Shown: positions 35,275 to 44,427 of the stretch, in pieces
How the letters are laid out: each line of letters begins with the position of its first letter
Position numbering within the stretch: position 1 is the first letter of the stretch
Assembly: GCA_051646185.1 (NCBI GenBank)
Contig: JBOFCS010000055.1
Coordinates: forward strand, 1 to 56,948
Reading direction: 5' to 3'
Source: Mycobacteriaceae bacterium
GTDB lineage: Bacteria > Actinomycetota > Actinomycetes > Mycobacteriales > Mycobacteriaceae
DNA length: 56,948 bases
The notes under the pieces: model-generated
What the model was told of the DNA's origin: nothing
The model's database searches: none
What the model saw: the letters and a program-made list of their open reading frames with translations, nothing else
Made by a program: the position numbers and the translations under genes

Positions 35275-37145
35275 GCTAACCCCGTCCACCGACACTCCGG
35301 GTCTGCCACCGTCGCAGCCAACCTCTGCGCTTGCCGATACACATGTCGGCGAAGACTCCCAGAAAAATCTGGCAGCGCCCCACCTGTCATTTGCAACATC
35401 CGGTGCTCATACCCCTGAGTCAGCACCCGCTTCCCCTCTTTGGTCAGCCACACCCCCGATTCACCATCACCGTGGTACCCATGCTCCGCCGTCAGTGCAC
35501 CCTTACGGGCCAAACTCAACACCACCTGATCTACCACCATCGGACGGAACTCCTCCATCAGGTCCAAAGCTAAACTCGGCCGTCTATCGGAATCTGAATG
35601 CAAAATACCAATACTCGGATCTAAACCTGCTGAGAAAAGCGCAGAAACACACTCCCCCAACAAAATTGCATAACCATAACTCAAAGCAGCATTCACCACA
35701 TCTAACGGCGGCCTACGCGACCTCCCAGAAAATTCACACCACAGCGGCAGCAGAAGCCCAAACGCAGTAAAGTACGTTTTCGCCGCCGCACCTTCACAAC
35801 CCATCAGCTCCGGCACCGAGGTTGCTTGGCGAATGTGCCCCTGTAAACCTCGCATCTGTACCAAACCTGCCCGAATATCTTCTGCATGTTCTCGGCGTCC
35901 AAACCTCTGCACCAAAGAAATTTGATGCCCAATTTTTGCTTCAACCATTGCCGAAGCCAACAAAATTTGGTGCTGCACATTATCTTCAAGTGCCAGCTGA
36001 GTCCGCAACCTCGCCAACCGTTGCGGAGAAGACCCGGAAATAAACTGCCCCTGATAGGAACCGCGACGCGAAAGAAAGACCATTTCCACATCGGAATCAA
36101 AAGCCCACGCGCGCAACCCTGAAGACACACTTACCGACCCAAAAGTAACAACCCGAGAAATATGAGAAGCCGGAACTTCCAACAATAGTTCCTCATCTTT
36201 GGACTCCACCGTTACCTTACCGCGAGTGGTAGCAATACGGCTTCCTTGCCTCCCCGCATACAACACCCGCTGCACCGAATCATCGACTCGCCCTAAACTT
36301 ATCAGTGGTGGATACCGGGTTCCAAAATCCTCACCCAAGAAGCAAAATCCCTCAGAAAAAGACATAACCTCAGTTTTATCTTCGTCAAGGTTCATACCCA
36401 ATTCCTCCAATGCTTGCGTCGCTATTCGCAGCGCTTCCCAAGCTTCACTTTGTGAGCTACAGACAACAGTAAAATCATCAGAAAACCGCACTACAGGAAA
36501 ACCATTGTCTAACAATTTATTATCTAAATTTGTTAGAACAAGATTGCGTAATAAAGGAAAGAGGGCTGCTTCCTTCGATGGCACAGATACCTCAGAAAGC
36601 CCATCCCTAGTGTGAACTCGCCGTGACAACAAAGCTACGATCACAGCATCAAGAGAGGAATCAGGGAGTATTTGCACCAACATTCGTCGAACAAGAGCGT
36701 AAGCAATAGTGCCAAGACAATCCCACACCTTCGCTTGAAGCACCCACGCTAAACCTTCCTCCCTCAGAGTCACCACTGCCTGCACAGCATCAGCTACAGA
36801 CAAACCTGGCCGATCAGCATACGATGCCACCCCTAGGCATCGGTCCACATACCCGGTGATGCCTTTTAGCACAGCAAGTTCCACTATTGTATCTTGGATT
36901 GAAGGAACCGCTAATACCCGAAAACTACTGTCATGCTTAGGTATCTGCACCTCATGGAAATCATGGGGACGATACGTACCATCACGCAGTTGGCCTGCTA
37001 ATGCGTGCAGCCGCTCACTAGCAGACTCAGCAAACTGCGCTACTGCAACCGAGAATTTTCCTTCAACGCTTTGCCGGGCAAGCAGCTCACCCCAGGCATC
37101 TTCCAACGCTGCACGGCTTGTCACAAGCTCATGCAGCGTTGACAT
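35265..37145 (-). CDS. cas1: Reverse transcriptase-Cas1 fusion (RT-Cas1)
   Basis: 626 aa. The N-terminal ~300 aa is a group-II-intron-like RT (FRVLAVPSIQDTIVELAVL; YxDD box as RFSDDFTVV, FSDD codons 36474..36485; LDEDKTEV). The C-terminal part is Cas1 (VVTFGSVSVSSGLRAWAFDSDVEMVFLSRRGSYQG; GCEGAAAKTYF; GILHSDSDRRPSLALDLMEEFRP). Confidence 0.9.
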   Translation of the reverse strand: MSTLHELVTSRAALEDAWGELLARQSVEGKFSVAVAQFAESASERLHALAGQLRDGTYRPHDFHEVQIPKHDSSFRVLAVPSIQDTIVELAVLKGITGYVDRCLGVASYADRPGLSVADAVQAVVTLREEGLAWVLQAKVWDCLGTIAYALVRRMLVQILPDSSLDAVIVALLSRRVHTRDGLSEVSVPSKEAALFPLLRNLVLTNLDNKLLDNGFPVVRFSDDFTVVCSSQSEAWEALRIATQALEELGMNLDEDKTEVMSFSEGFCFLGEDFGTRYPPLISLGRVDDSVQRVLYAGRQGSRIATTRGKVTVESKDEELLLEVPASHISRVVTFGSVSVSSGLRAWAFDSDVEMVFLSRRGSYQGQFISGSSPQRLARLRTQLALEDNVQHQILLASAMVEAKIGHQISLVQRFGRREHAEDIRAGLVQMRGLQGHIRQATSVPELMGCEGAAAKTYFTAFGLLLPLWCEFSGRSRRPPLDVVNAALSYGYAILLGECVSALFSAGLDPSIGILHSDSDRRPSLALDLMEEFRPMVVDQVVLSLARKGALTAEHGYHGDGESGVWLTKEGKRVLTQGYEHRMLQMTGGALPDFSGSLRRHVYRQAQRLAATVADPECRWTGLAWR

Positions 37146-37147
37146 GA

Positions 37148-37873
37148 CTAACCTGCCGCCGCTAAGCGTTGTTGGTCTGTGTTGATCCTGGTGACTCCTA
37201 ATCCTTTGGTGGTGCTACTTCCGATACCAGCAAATTCGGCAAAAGCAAGTAAAGCACCAAACTGTGCTGCCACAGCAGGATCATCACAGGCATAACTCAC
37301 CCGACCCACAAACCCCGATACCATCATCTTCGCCAAAGGCAACACCTGACTACACCCATCAATATCTCGTACCCATAAGTGTTGTGCCGCAGCTTCCCGA
37401 TCAATTTTTATTTGCGGAATCGGCTTAGGGGAAAGCTCATTCCACTTTTCCGAAAGGGAACGGGCCACAGTCCGAGGGTCCGGCCACGGTGACGACCGCT
37501 GCTTATAACGAAAGGTTGTGGGGGTAAGAAAATCTACAGACCACACCTTGGCAACCGGGGCTGACAGAAACTGACCCCATTGAAGTTGTTGCATTACTTG
37601 AGGTTCACCAAGAATTGTTGCTGACTGCGAACCAAAGCGCACAGCACTGTTGGCGGCCACTCGCGAAAGCAACAACTGCTCAGCTTGATTGTTCAGCGTG
37701 CACACTTCAAGCACAGCAACCCCATCAACAACCCGCAACGGACTCACCGACCACGGCTTATGCGAACCCCAATGATCACTGTCTAACCATGCACAAGCAA
37801 CAGCATGGACATAATCGAGCTTTACCAAATCGGGGTCAACCCCACCAACTGGCACTAGCCATCTAGTCAGCAT
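37148..37873 (-). CDS. cas6: Cas6-family crRNA endoribonuclease (divergent)
   Basis: 241 aa. C-terminal glycine-rich loop FAGIGSSTTKGLGVTR is typical of Cas6. Position is 2 nt upstream of RT-cas1. The rest of the sequence is weakly diagnostic. Confidence 0.65.
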   Translation of the reverse strand: MLTRWLVPVGGVDPDLVKLDYVHAVACAWLDSDHWGSHKPWSVSPLRVVDGVAVLEVCTLNNQAEQLLLSRVAANSAVRFGSQSATILGEPQVMQQLQWGQFLSAPVAKVWSVDFLTPTTFRYKQRSSPWPDPRTVARSLSEKWNELSPKPIPQIKIDREAAAQHLWVRDIDGCSQVLPLAKMMVSGFVGRVSYACDDPAVAAQFGALLAFAEFAGIGSSTTKGLGVTRINTDQQRLAAAG

Positions 37874-37962
37874 CTAAACTCCGTCATGTTCAAGATTATT
37901 TTCCCAACACAGGAATACTATCTCGTACCGAAGAGTTTGCATAGCCTTCCCACGACCAAAGG

Positions 37963-37996
37963 CAACAGGCCCCGCCATAATCGACAGGGCCTGTTG
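37963..37996 (-). terminator. Hairpin terminator downstream of ahcY
   Basis: CAACAGGCCC / GGGCCTGTTG is a perfect 10-bp stem with a 14-nt loop, 14 nt after the ahcY stop. It is followed on the minus strand by CCTTTGG. Confidence 0.55.
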
Positions 37997-38009
37997 GGTT
38001 TAGCTCACT

Positions 38010-39485
38010 TTAGTAGCGGTAATGCTCTGGCTTATAAGGCCCTTCAACATCCACCCCAATGTATTCCGCTTGCTCTTTGGTGAGCTTTGTCAGCGAACCA
38101 CCAAGAGCCTCAACGTGAATACGGGCCACCTTCTCATCCAAATGCTTGGGCAACCGGTACACCTCATTGTCATATTCCTGCGGCTTAGTCCACAGTTCTA
38201 CCTGAGCAATCACCTGATTAGAGAAGCTGTTACTCATCACAAAAGAAGGGTGCCCCGTAGCGTTACCCAAGTTCAGCAGACGACCCTCCGACAACACAAT
38301 GATGGAATGTCCATCAGTAAAACGAAATTCATCAACCTGGGGCTTAATGTTGATACGGGTAACCGTGTCATCCGCCTCAAGCCTGGCCATTTCAATTTCA
38401 TCATCAAAATGACCAATGTTGCCTAAAATAGCTTGGTGTTTCATCTGTTTCATATGTTCTAAAGTGATGATGCCCTGGTTACCGGTAGCGGTAATAACAA
38501 TATCAGCCCAACCAATAGCCTGCTCCACAGTTTTCACTTCAAAGCCATCCATCATGGCCTGCAAAGCATTAATCGGGTCAATCTCGGTAACCGCGACCCG
38601 AGCGCCTTGGCTCTTCAATGCCTCAGCACAGCCCTTACCCACATCACCATAACCACAGACCAAAGCAGCCTTACCGCCAATGAGAACATCTGTGCCCCTG
38701 TTAATTCCGTCAATCAGCGAATGCCTGGTGCCATACTTATTATCGAACTTGCTTTTTGTCACCGAATCATTGACGTTAATCGCGGGGAAGCTCAATTCCC
38801 CGGCAGCAGCAAACTGATACAAACGCAAAACCCCGGTAGTGGTTTCCTCAGTCACACCCTTAATCGCCGCAGCCACCGTGGTCCACTTATTTTTATCGGT
38901 CTCAAAACGAGCCCGCAGCAAGTTCAAAAATACCTTGTACTCCGCGGAATGATCATCCTCCACCGGTGGCACCACACCCGCTTTTTCAAACTGTGCCCCA
39001 CGCAAGACCAACATGGTGGCATCGCCACCATCGTCCAAAATCATATTTGCAGGCTCCCCCGGCCAGGTCAGCATCTGCTCAGCAGCCCACCAATATTCCT
39101 CCAGGCTTTCGCCTTTCCATGCAAAAACCGGAACACCCTTAGGCTCCTCAACACTGCCATGCGGGCCAACCACCACAGCCGCAGCCGCATGATCTTGAGT
39201 GGAAAAAATATTGCACGACGCCCAACGCACCTCAGCACCAAGCGCAACCAGAGTCTCAATCAACACCGCAGTCTGAATGGTCATATGCAGCGAACCAGAA
39301 ATACGGGCACCTTTCAGAGGTAACACCTCGTCGTACTCCCGGCGCAAGGCCATCAACCCCGGCATCTCATGCTCGGCTAACCGAATCTCTTTGCGACCAA
39401 ACTCCGCCAAAGATAAATCGGCCACTTTAAAATCGATACCATTAATGACATCCGGGCTCAGGTCCAATGCTGCTGTACTACTCAC
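38010..39485 (-). CDS. ahcY: Adenosylhomocysteinase (SAH hydrolase)
   Basis: 491 aa. [33 protein letters not shown]-binding [10 protein letters not shown], and C-terminal [21 protein letters not shown] are all classic AhcY. Confidence 0.95.
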   Translation of the reverse strand: MSSTAALDLSPDVINGIDFKVADLSLAEFGRKEIRLAEHEMPGLMALRREYDEVLPLKGARISGSLHMTIQTAVLIETLVALGAEVRWASCNIFSTQDHAAAAVVVGPHGSVEEPKGVPVFAWKGESLEEYWWAAEQMLTWPGEPANMILDDGGDATMLVLRGAQFEKAGVVPPVEDDHSAEYKVFLNLLRARFETDKNKWTTVAAAIKGVTEETTTGVLRLYQFAAAGELSFPAINVNDSVTKSKFDNKYGTRHSLIDGINRGTDVLIGGKAALVCGYGDVGKGCAEALKSQGARVAVTEIDPINALQAMMDGFEVKTVEQAIGWADIVITATGNQGIITLEHMKQMKHQAILGNIGHFDDEIEMARLEADDTVTRINIKPQVDEFRFTDGHSIIVLSEGRLLNLGNATGHPSFVMSNSFSNQVIAQVELWTKPQEYDNEVYRLPKHLDEKVARIHVEALGGSLTKLTKEQAEYIGVDVEGPYKPEHYRY

Positions 39486-39771
39486 GTGTGCTCAATGCCT
39501 CTCTACCAGCGGTCAGATATTGGCCACCTGCCAATATTCCCATGCACCCAGGTTATCGGGTCTTCCGTAGTTACTCCGGCAGACCCAGTACTTAGGGGGT
39601 ACTTCAGCAATTGTGCCAGCAACTCACCGTAGGCTCCAGGATCAGCCTCCCGTCTGTTTGTTAAACAAACCTTCAGTTAGCCAAGAATTTTCACGAGTAC
39701 AATGCACAATGAACCGATAACTCCTGTTAATGCCACAGCGCCTTAATCGCAACACCCCCAGAAAGGACCCC

Positions 39772-40407
39772 ATGCACCTGCCCTCGTCTTCATCTGCCTT
39801 AGCAATTTTCACTCACCCCAGCACAGGCATCGGAAGACACCACATCACAGCCTGTGCTGCTGCTGTGTGCCTAGCAAGCAGTATTGCACTGCTTGCCCCT
39901 GACAGTGCCGCTGCCGAAACCGCTGTATGCAGCGCCCCGCTAGATTCCGTACTGCAAACTTCTGAGCAGCTCACCGGCTGTGCTGCTCAAGCAGACTTTG
40001 GCAGTGCTTCCCTCGCCGCTGATACCGGGGACGGAGCTGCCGTTGCTTTAGCAAATATCTATGCCAGCTCAGCAAGCCTCAATACTGGGGTGGACGGGAG
40101 ATCCATCGCCGAGGGCCATAGTGGCGGAGCTGCAGCCGCGATTAACACTGGGAATGGTCGGGCATTAAGTACCGCGGGCACACAAGGCCGAGCTTTTGCG
40201 TTAACCCTTGGCGAAGAAAACTTTGCTAGCACCACCGCCATCAACGGAAGCTGGTCTTTTTCGGTGGCCGGTCCTGGCGGCTTTGTTTCCATCGGGCCTG
40301 AAGGTGCGTTCTGCGGAGCCGGGTTATCCTTTGGTGCTGATATCATTTCTGGAAACGGTTGTTTTAGCGATGGGATAACCACATGGACTCTTCGACCAAA
40401 CCAGTAG
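39772..40407 (+). CDS. Hypothetical secreted Ala/Gly-rich protein
   Basis: Start at ATG 39772 (GAAAGGA SD). Signal-like segment HHITACAAAVCLASSIALLAPDSAAA. Low-complexity A/G/S-rich body with several Cys. No family recognised. Confidence 0.45.
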   Translation: MHLPSSSSALAIFTHPSTGIGRHHITACAAAVCLASSIALLAPDSAAAETAVCSAPLDSVLQTSEQLTGCAAQADFGSASLAADTGDGAAVALANIYASSASLNTGVDGRSIAEGHSGGAAAAINTGNGRALSTAGTQGRAFALTLGEENFASTTAINGSWSFSVAGPGGFVSIGPEGAFCGAGLSFGADIISGNGCFSDGITTWTLRPNQ

Positions 40408-40414
40408 CTGCCCC

Positions 40415-41179
40415 ATGACGCTAAGCGCTATTGACATTCGCCGAGCCAACGATCGGCTCAGCACTCGCATCCAGTGGCTTGACTCCAAACATTCCTTTTC
40501 CTTCGGGCATCACTACGACCCACGCAACACACACCACGGGTTGTTATTGGTCAATAACGATGACATTGTTGCACCCGGACAAGGCTTTGATACACATCCA
40601 CATAAAAACATGGAAATAGTGACCTGGGTTCTCAGCGGCTCACTGGTGCATCAAGACTCCATCGGCAACTCTGGAATCATTTACCCTGGGCTTGCTCAAA
40701 GAATGAGCGCTGGAACTGGGATTTTGCATTCCGAAAAAAATGATTCCTGGCGACTACCAGACAGTACCAGCAATCCACATACCGAGCCCGTTCGCTTTGT
40801 TCAAATGTGGGTCACTCCAGATACCACCGGAACCTCGCCTAGCTATCAACAACTAGAAATAGAAACTGAACTCACCTCTGGCAACCTGATTCCAGTGGCT
40901 AGCGGGATGGCAAAATATCGTGATTCTTCAGCAATCACTATCGCCAATAAAAACGCTACCCTTCATGTGGCCCGATTGCTTCCCGGCCAATCAATCCAGA
41001 TTCCCGAAGCTGCTTTTGTTCATATTTTTCTCACCAGTGGAACTGCCGATATGGAAACTGTTGGGCAGCTTAATGCTGGTGATGCCGTGCGGCTTACCAA
41101 CTCGGGGGGGCAAAACTTCACGGCCGACAGTAGTACGGAAGTTCTGATCTGGGAGATGCACGTTGGCCTTCACGGTTAG
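40415..41179 (+). CDS. Pirin-family protein
   Basis: Cupin metal motif GFDTHPHKNMEIVTWVLSG, HSFSFGHHYDP, and GILHSEKN. Confidence 0.85.
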   Translation: MTLSAIDIRRANDRLSTRIQWLDSKHSFSFGHHYDPRNTHHGLLLVNNDDIVAPGQGFDTHPHKNMEIVTWVLSGSLVHQDSIGNSGIIYPGLAQRMSAGTGILHSEKNDSWRLPDSTSNPHTEPVRFVQMWVTPDTTGTSPSYQQLEIETELTSGNLIPVASGMAKYRDSSAITIANKNATLHVARLLPGQSIQIPEAAFVHIFLTSGTADMETVGQLNAGDAVRLTNSGGQNFTADSSTEVLIWEMHVGLHG

Positions 41180-41194
41180 ATCAGAACTTCCGTA
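41134..41194. terminator. 17-bp perfect inverted repeat spanning the pirin stop codon (convergent-gene terminator candidate)
   Basis: TACGGAAGTTCTGATCT (41134..41150) and AGATCAGAACTTCCGTA (41178..41194) with a 27-nt loop. The left arm lies inside the pirin coding sequence. Confidence 0.45.
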
Positions 41195-41199
41195 GCACT

Positions 41200-42189
41200 T
41201 CAGTTAATAATATCCACTCGGGTAATGCGCGAAGCCAATACCTCTACGAACCATAAAGTTCCATCTGGTCCAGCTGTAATACCATCTGGCACTCCCAACG
41301 GATCCAAACCAGCTACTTCAGAAATCTCACCTTCAGGGGTAATCTTGCCTACCCGAGAACCCAGGTATTCAGTAAACCAAATGTTGTTATCCGGCCCAAC
41401 TGCCAAAGATACGGGTAAGGCACCAAAAGACAGGCCGACACCAAACTCCGTGACCACACCCTCAGTACTGATTTTTGCTATCCGATTTCCAAAGGTTTCG
41501 GTAAACCACAGATTGCCATCGGGTCCGGAAATAATATTCACTGGACCAGAAAACGGGGTGATGCCCTGAGTGAAGGTAGTAACTTCACCAGTCGGGGTTA
41601 TTCGGCCTATTCCGCCAAATCTCTCGGTATACCAAAGATTTCCATCAGGGCCTGCAACAATATCAGTTGGCATAGCCAACGGGTTCGCACTTAATGGAAA
41701 TTCAGTGACCTCACCTTCGGGAGTAATCCGACCAATACGATTACCAACGGTCTCAGTGAACCATAAATTTCCATCAGGTCCGGCCGCAATGCCAAAAGGC
41801 TGGGCACCAAAGGATATTCCAGCTGAAAACTCAGTGATGTCACCTTCAGGGGTAATCCGGCCAATACGATTACCCAAAAGTTCAGTAAACCAAAGATTTC
41901 CATCCGGGCCAACAGCAATTCGATCCGGGCCACTTAGTGGGCTCAGTCCTGCTGAAAACTCAGTGATGTCACCTTCAAGGGTAATCCGACCAATACGATT
42001 ACCCAAAGTTTCAGTAAACCATAAGCTCCCATCTGGCCCTGTCGTGATAATCGCCGGTGAGCTCAGCGGTGCAAGCGGGTACTTTGTCAGCACCACGTTA
42101 TCTTGAGCTTGCGCAATCGATATTTGAGGTATCACTATGGCACAGACAGCGATACTCACCGTCATTACCTTGGTTACTAAGGTCTTCAT
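41200..42189 (-). CDS. Secreted beta-propeller protein, virginiamycin-B-lyase (Vgb)-like repeats
   Basis: Signal peptide MKTLVTKVMTVSIAVCAIVIPQISIAQA. Seven ~41-aa repeats of the form GPDGNLWFTE..GNRIGRITPEGDITEF. The ATG overlaps the upstream stop (ATGA). Confidence 0.65.
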   Translation of the reverse strand: MKTLVTKVMTVSIAVCAIVIPQISIAQAQDNVVLTKYPLAPLSSPAIITTGPDGSLWFTETLGNRIGRITLEGDITEFSAGLSPLSGPDRIAVGPDGNLWFTELLGNRIGRITPEGDITEFSAGISFGAQPFGIAAGPDGNLWFTETVGNRIGRITPEGEVTEFPLSANPLAMPTDIVAGPDGNLWYTERFGGIGRITPTGEVTTFTQGITPFSGPVNIISGPDGNLWFTETFGNRIAKISTEGVVTEFGVGLSFGALPVSLAVGPDNNIWFTEYLGSRVGKITPEGEISEVAGLDPLGVPDGITAGPDGTLWFVEVLASRITRVDIIN

Positions 42190-43118
42190 CGTGTTAATTC
42201 CTTTACCAGAAAAAGTGTTTGAGTATTAAGAGCTTTTACTAACGATTGTCCTATATAAATACCAAAGTGACCCTCTTCATACCGTTCAAGTTCTGCTTGC
42301 GCTCCTAGTTTTTTAGCAGCTTGAAATACCGGTCTTGCTGGAGTTAAGTCATCAAGTTCACAGGCATGCAACTGAATTCGACAAGGTAATTTGTCTAAAT
42401 AGTTCACCGGACGTAACCAAGGAAAGCGTACAAAATCTCGCAGACCTACCCTATTTTTCCAATGAGGACCGACGATTGTGCTGAGTTGCTCATAAGATTC
42501 TGCCGAAATATAGGCAGCATGCTCACCAGGCTTTCCGACACTAGTAACGTATACCGGGTCCTTCCCTGACCATCCAGCTAGAACATCTCGCGCTAACGAG
42601 ATCCCTAGTTGCACCCCTCGTCGTAAAGGAATTCTGGTCATCAAAAATCGGGCCGTGGCGAAATTATCAAGATTGGGAACCTGAGCGACTACAGCGGCAA
42701 TATGTTGATCCTCGGCAGCACAGGCAATAACAGTTCCACCTGAATATGAAGTACCCCACAAGGCAATTCGCTGTGGATCTATGCCAGGAAGCTTGCGAGT
42801 TGCGGCGACAGCGGCATGGTAATCAGCAAGTTGTGCTCGAACATTCACTACATCGCGGGGATTTCCATCGCTATCGCCCCACCCTCGATAATCAAAGACC
42901 ACAGATGAAATCCCAGCCCGAGCAAAAGTTTCTGCATATAACTGCAATCCGCAGTCTTTGGTAAGCGAAAATCCATGAGCAAGAACAACAGCTGGAACTC
43001 CAGATTTATTTGCAAGACTTGCATTCACTGCCGGATATAACCAGGCTCGAATAGTTGTTCCAGCACTTGCAAACTCAATTTCTTTACGTTCTACATGCGT
43101 AACAGCTGACTCAGTCAT
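42186..43118 (-). CDS. Alpha/beta hydrolase
   Basis: Nucleophile elbow GTSYSGG. Paralogue of 53825..54733. The ATG overlaps the upstream stop (ATGA). Confidence 0.75.
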   Translation of the reverse strand: MTESAVTHVERKEIEFASAGTTIRAWLYPAVNASLANKSGVPAVVLAHGFSLTKDCGLQLYAETFARAGISSVVFDYRGWGDSDGNPRDVVNVRAQLADYHAAVAATRKLPGIDPQRIALWGTSYSGGTVIACAAEDQHIAAVVAQVPNLDNFATARFLMTRIPLRRGVQLGISLARDVLAGWSGKDPVYVTSVGKPGEHAAYISAESYEQLSTIVGPHWKNRVGLRDFVRFPWLRPVNYLDKLPCRIQLHACELDDLTPARPVFQAAKKLGAQAELERYEEGHFGIYIGQSLVKALNTQTLFLVKELTR

Positions 43119-43531
43119 ATTTTACCTCCTGACTGAGTCAGATCAAGGACTAATACTCGTCGGGTAAGGCCGCTACCTAGACCTGCTAATTTGGGAACTT
43201 GCTGGTCATGAGCATCTGCAACTCGTAATGCTTTTATTTCATAGGTTTTTCCAGAACGAATAAGCCCACCACCACTTGCTGCAAGTAGATTTTTTACCCA
43301 CTGAGCATCTTCACCATAAGGCAATCCAATGCCTATTCTATTGCCTTTTTTGAAGGCTAAAACAGGTGTGCGATAAGTTTTTCCGGTTTTTCTTCCATTA
43401 TGAATAACAACTGCCCAGGGTGGTAAATATGGTGACCATAAAGACTGAATTCGGTTTGTTACCCGCTTATTAAAATGCGCGAGCCAACGCGGAAAGGCAA
43501 AGCGCCGTGAATTGTAATCGGTTGGTGCCAT
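43115..43531 (-). CDS. DUF385 / deazaflavin-dependent nitroreductase-family protein
   Basis: FNKRVTNRIQ...VIHNGRKTGKTYRTPVLAF...YGEDAQWVKNLLAAGGG pattern. First gene of a three-gene overlapped operon. Confidence 0.7.
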   Translation of the reverse strand: MAPTDYNSRRFAFPRWLAHFNKRVTNRIQSLWSPYLPPWAVVIHNGRKTGKTYRTPVLAFKKGNRIGIGLPYGEDAQWVKNLLAASGGGLIRSGKTYEIKALRVADAHDQQVPKLAGLGSGLTRRVLVLDLTQSGGKI

Positions 43532-43620
43532 AAAATACATCTTCCTCTGAGCCTAGATGATCGGTTCGCAATCACTGCATCCATGATTGTGTCGAGAGTC
43601 ACACTAGAGCATAGAACTCT

Positions 43621-43644
43621 TTAACGCAAGTACCCTCGCGTTAA
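43621..43644. promoter_or_regulatory. Candidate TetR operator palindrome
   Basis: TTAACGC-N10-GCGTTAA, in the gap between the TetR gene (43696..44274) and the DUF385-hydrolase-Vgb-like operon. Confidence 0.3.
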
Positions 43645-43695
43645 GCTCCAAATATTGCCCTGAACAGGGTGCTTAATGGAAGAAGTCAGCCGATT

Positions 43696-44274
43696 TTACT
43701 GGACTTTAATTCCATATAAGACAACATCAACGAGTCCCGTAAGAAAAGTTTCATCAAGCGGCTCTTGAGTAATTAAAATGCGCATATACAGCGGTGCAAT
43801 CAAAGGCTCAAACACCAGCTTACGGTCAATGTTGTGACTAACTTCGCCACGAGCAGCTGCACGATCAACAATGCCACTTATCACCGAGAGCCGTGCATGC
43901 ATAAACTCAGCACGAGACTTAGCAACTCGTGAATTATTTACTGGCATCACAGCAATTTTGAGAAACTTTAATCCATTTGGTGATTGCAAAAATACAGCCA
44001 ACCCTCGTAAAAACTGAATAAGATCGGTGCGAAAATTTCCAGTATCAGGAAGCGGTACTTCAATAGCACTGCGGCTCAACAATGCGCCGACCATAAGCTC
44101 TTCACGAGTTTGCCACCGCCGATAAATTGAGCTGATATGCACACCGGCCCGTTGTGCAACCCCGGCTATCGTAAGTTCTTCTGGCCCTTTATCAAAAAGC
44201 TCAGCAAGCGTAGCCCCAACAATAGTTTTATCAACTGCAGCCCCGCGCCGATGCGCTGGCTTTGACTCACCCAT
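43696..44274 (-). CDS. TetR-family transcriptional regulator
   Basis: HTH LTIAGVAQRAGVHISSIYRRWQTRE. Confidence 0.8.
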   Translation of the reverse strand: MGESKPAHRRGAAVDKTIVGATLAELFDKGPEELTIAGVAQRAGVHISSIYRRWQTREELMVGALLSRSAIEVPLPDTGNFRTDLIQFLRGLAVFLQSPNGLKFLKIAVMPVNNSRVAKSRAEFMHARLSVISGIVDRAAARGEVSHNIDRKLVFEPLIAPLYMRILITQEPLDETFLTGLVDVVLYGIKVQ

Positions 44275-44427
44275 AAAGCTCAGGCTATCTCACCCAGACC
44301 GCACAATCGCGCACTAGGCTTAAGAACCAGCGGACACCACAGGAATGTCCCAGGTTATTTCTAGCGGACACCCAGCAGATCCTAGCAAAATGACCTTCAT
44401 ATTCACGATCACCAACAGGAGAACGCC

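Noticed and set aside
24607-38009. Searched the CRISPR-Cas island and its flanks for an integrase, transposase, tRNA attachment site or flanking direct repeats
   Set aside because: None recognised, so the island cannot be called a mobile element from this window.
38607-39323. Long antisense ORFs inside well-supported genes (238 aa in ahcY; 165 aa at 35273..35770 in RT-cas1; 178 aa at 41570..42106 in the Vgb-like gene; 155 aa at 6022..6489 in mmpL3)
   Set aside because: The opposite strand carries unmistakable conserved proteins, and the antisense products are low-complexity with no motifs.
39486-39729. ~240-nt untranslated region upstream of ahcY with small hairpins (ATATTGGC-N5-GCCAATAT at about 39514..39534; AGGCT..AGCCT): possible SAH riboswitch?
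   Set aside because: I could not find the conserved SAH-riboswitch core (GCGCUGC ... AGGCUC ... GGCGCUC-type segments) by eye. A cmscan against Rfam would be decisive, but on the sequence alone there is no support.
41300-42050. ~123-nt periodic DNA similarity that could be mistaken for a tandem repeat or array
   Set aside because: It is in-frame coding repetition of beta-propeller blades (GPDGNLWFTE...), with diverged copies and no spacer-like unique segments.
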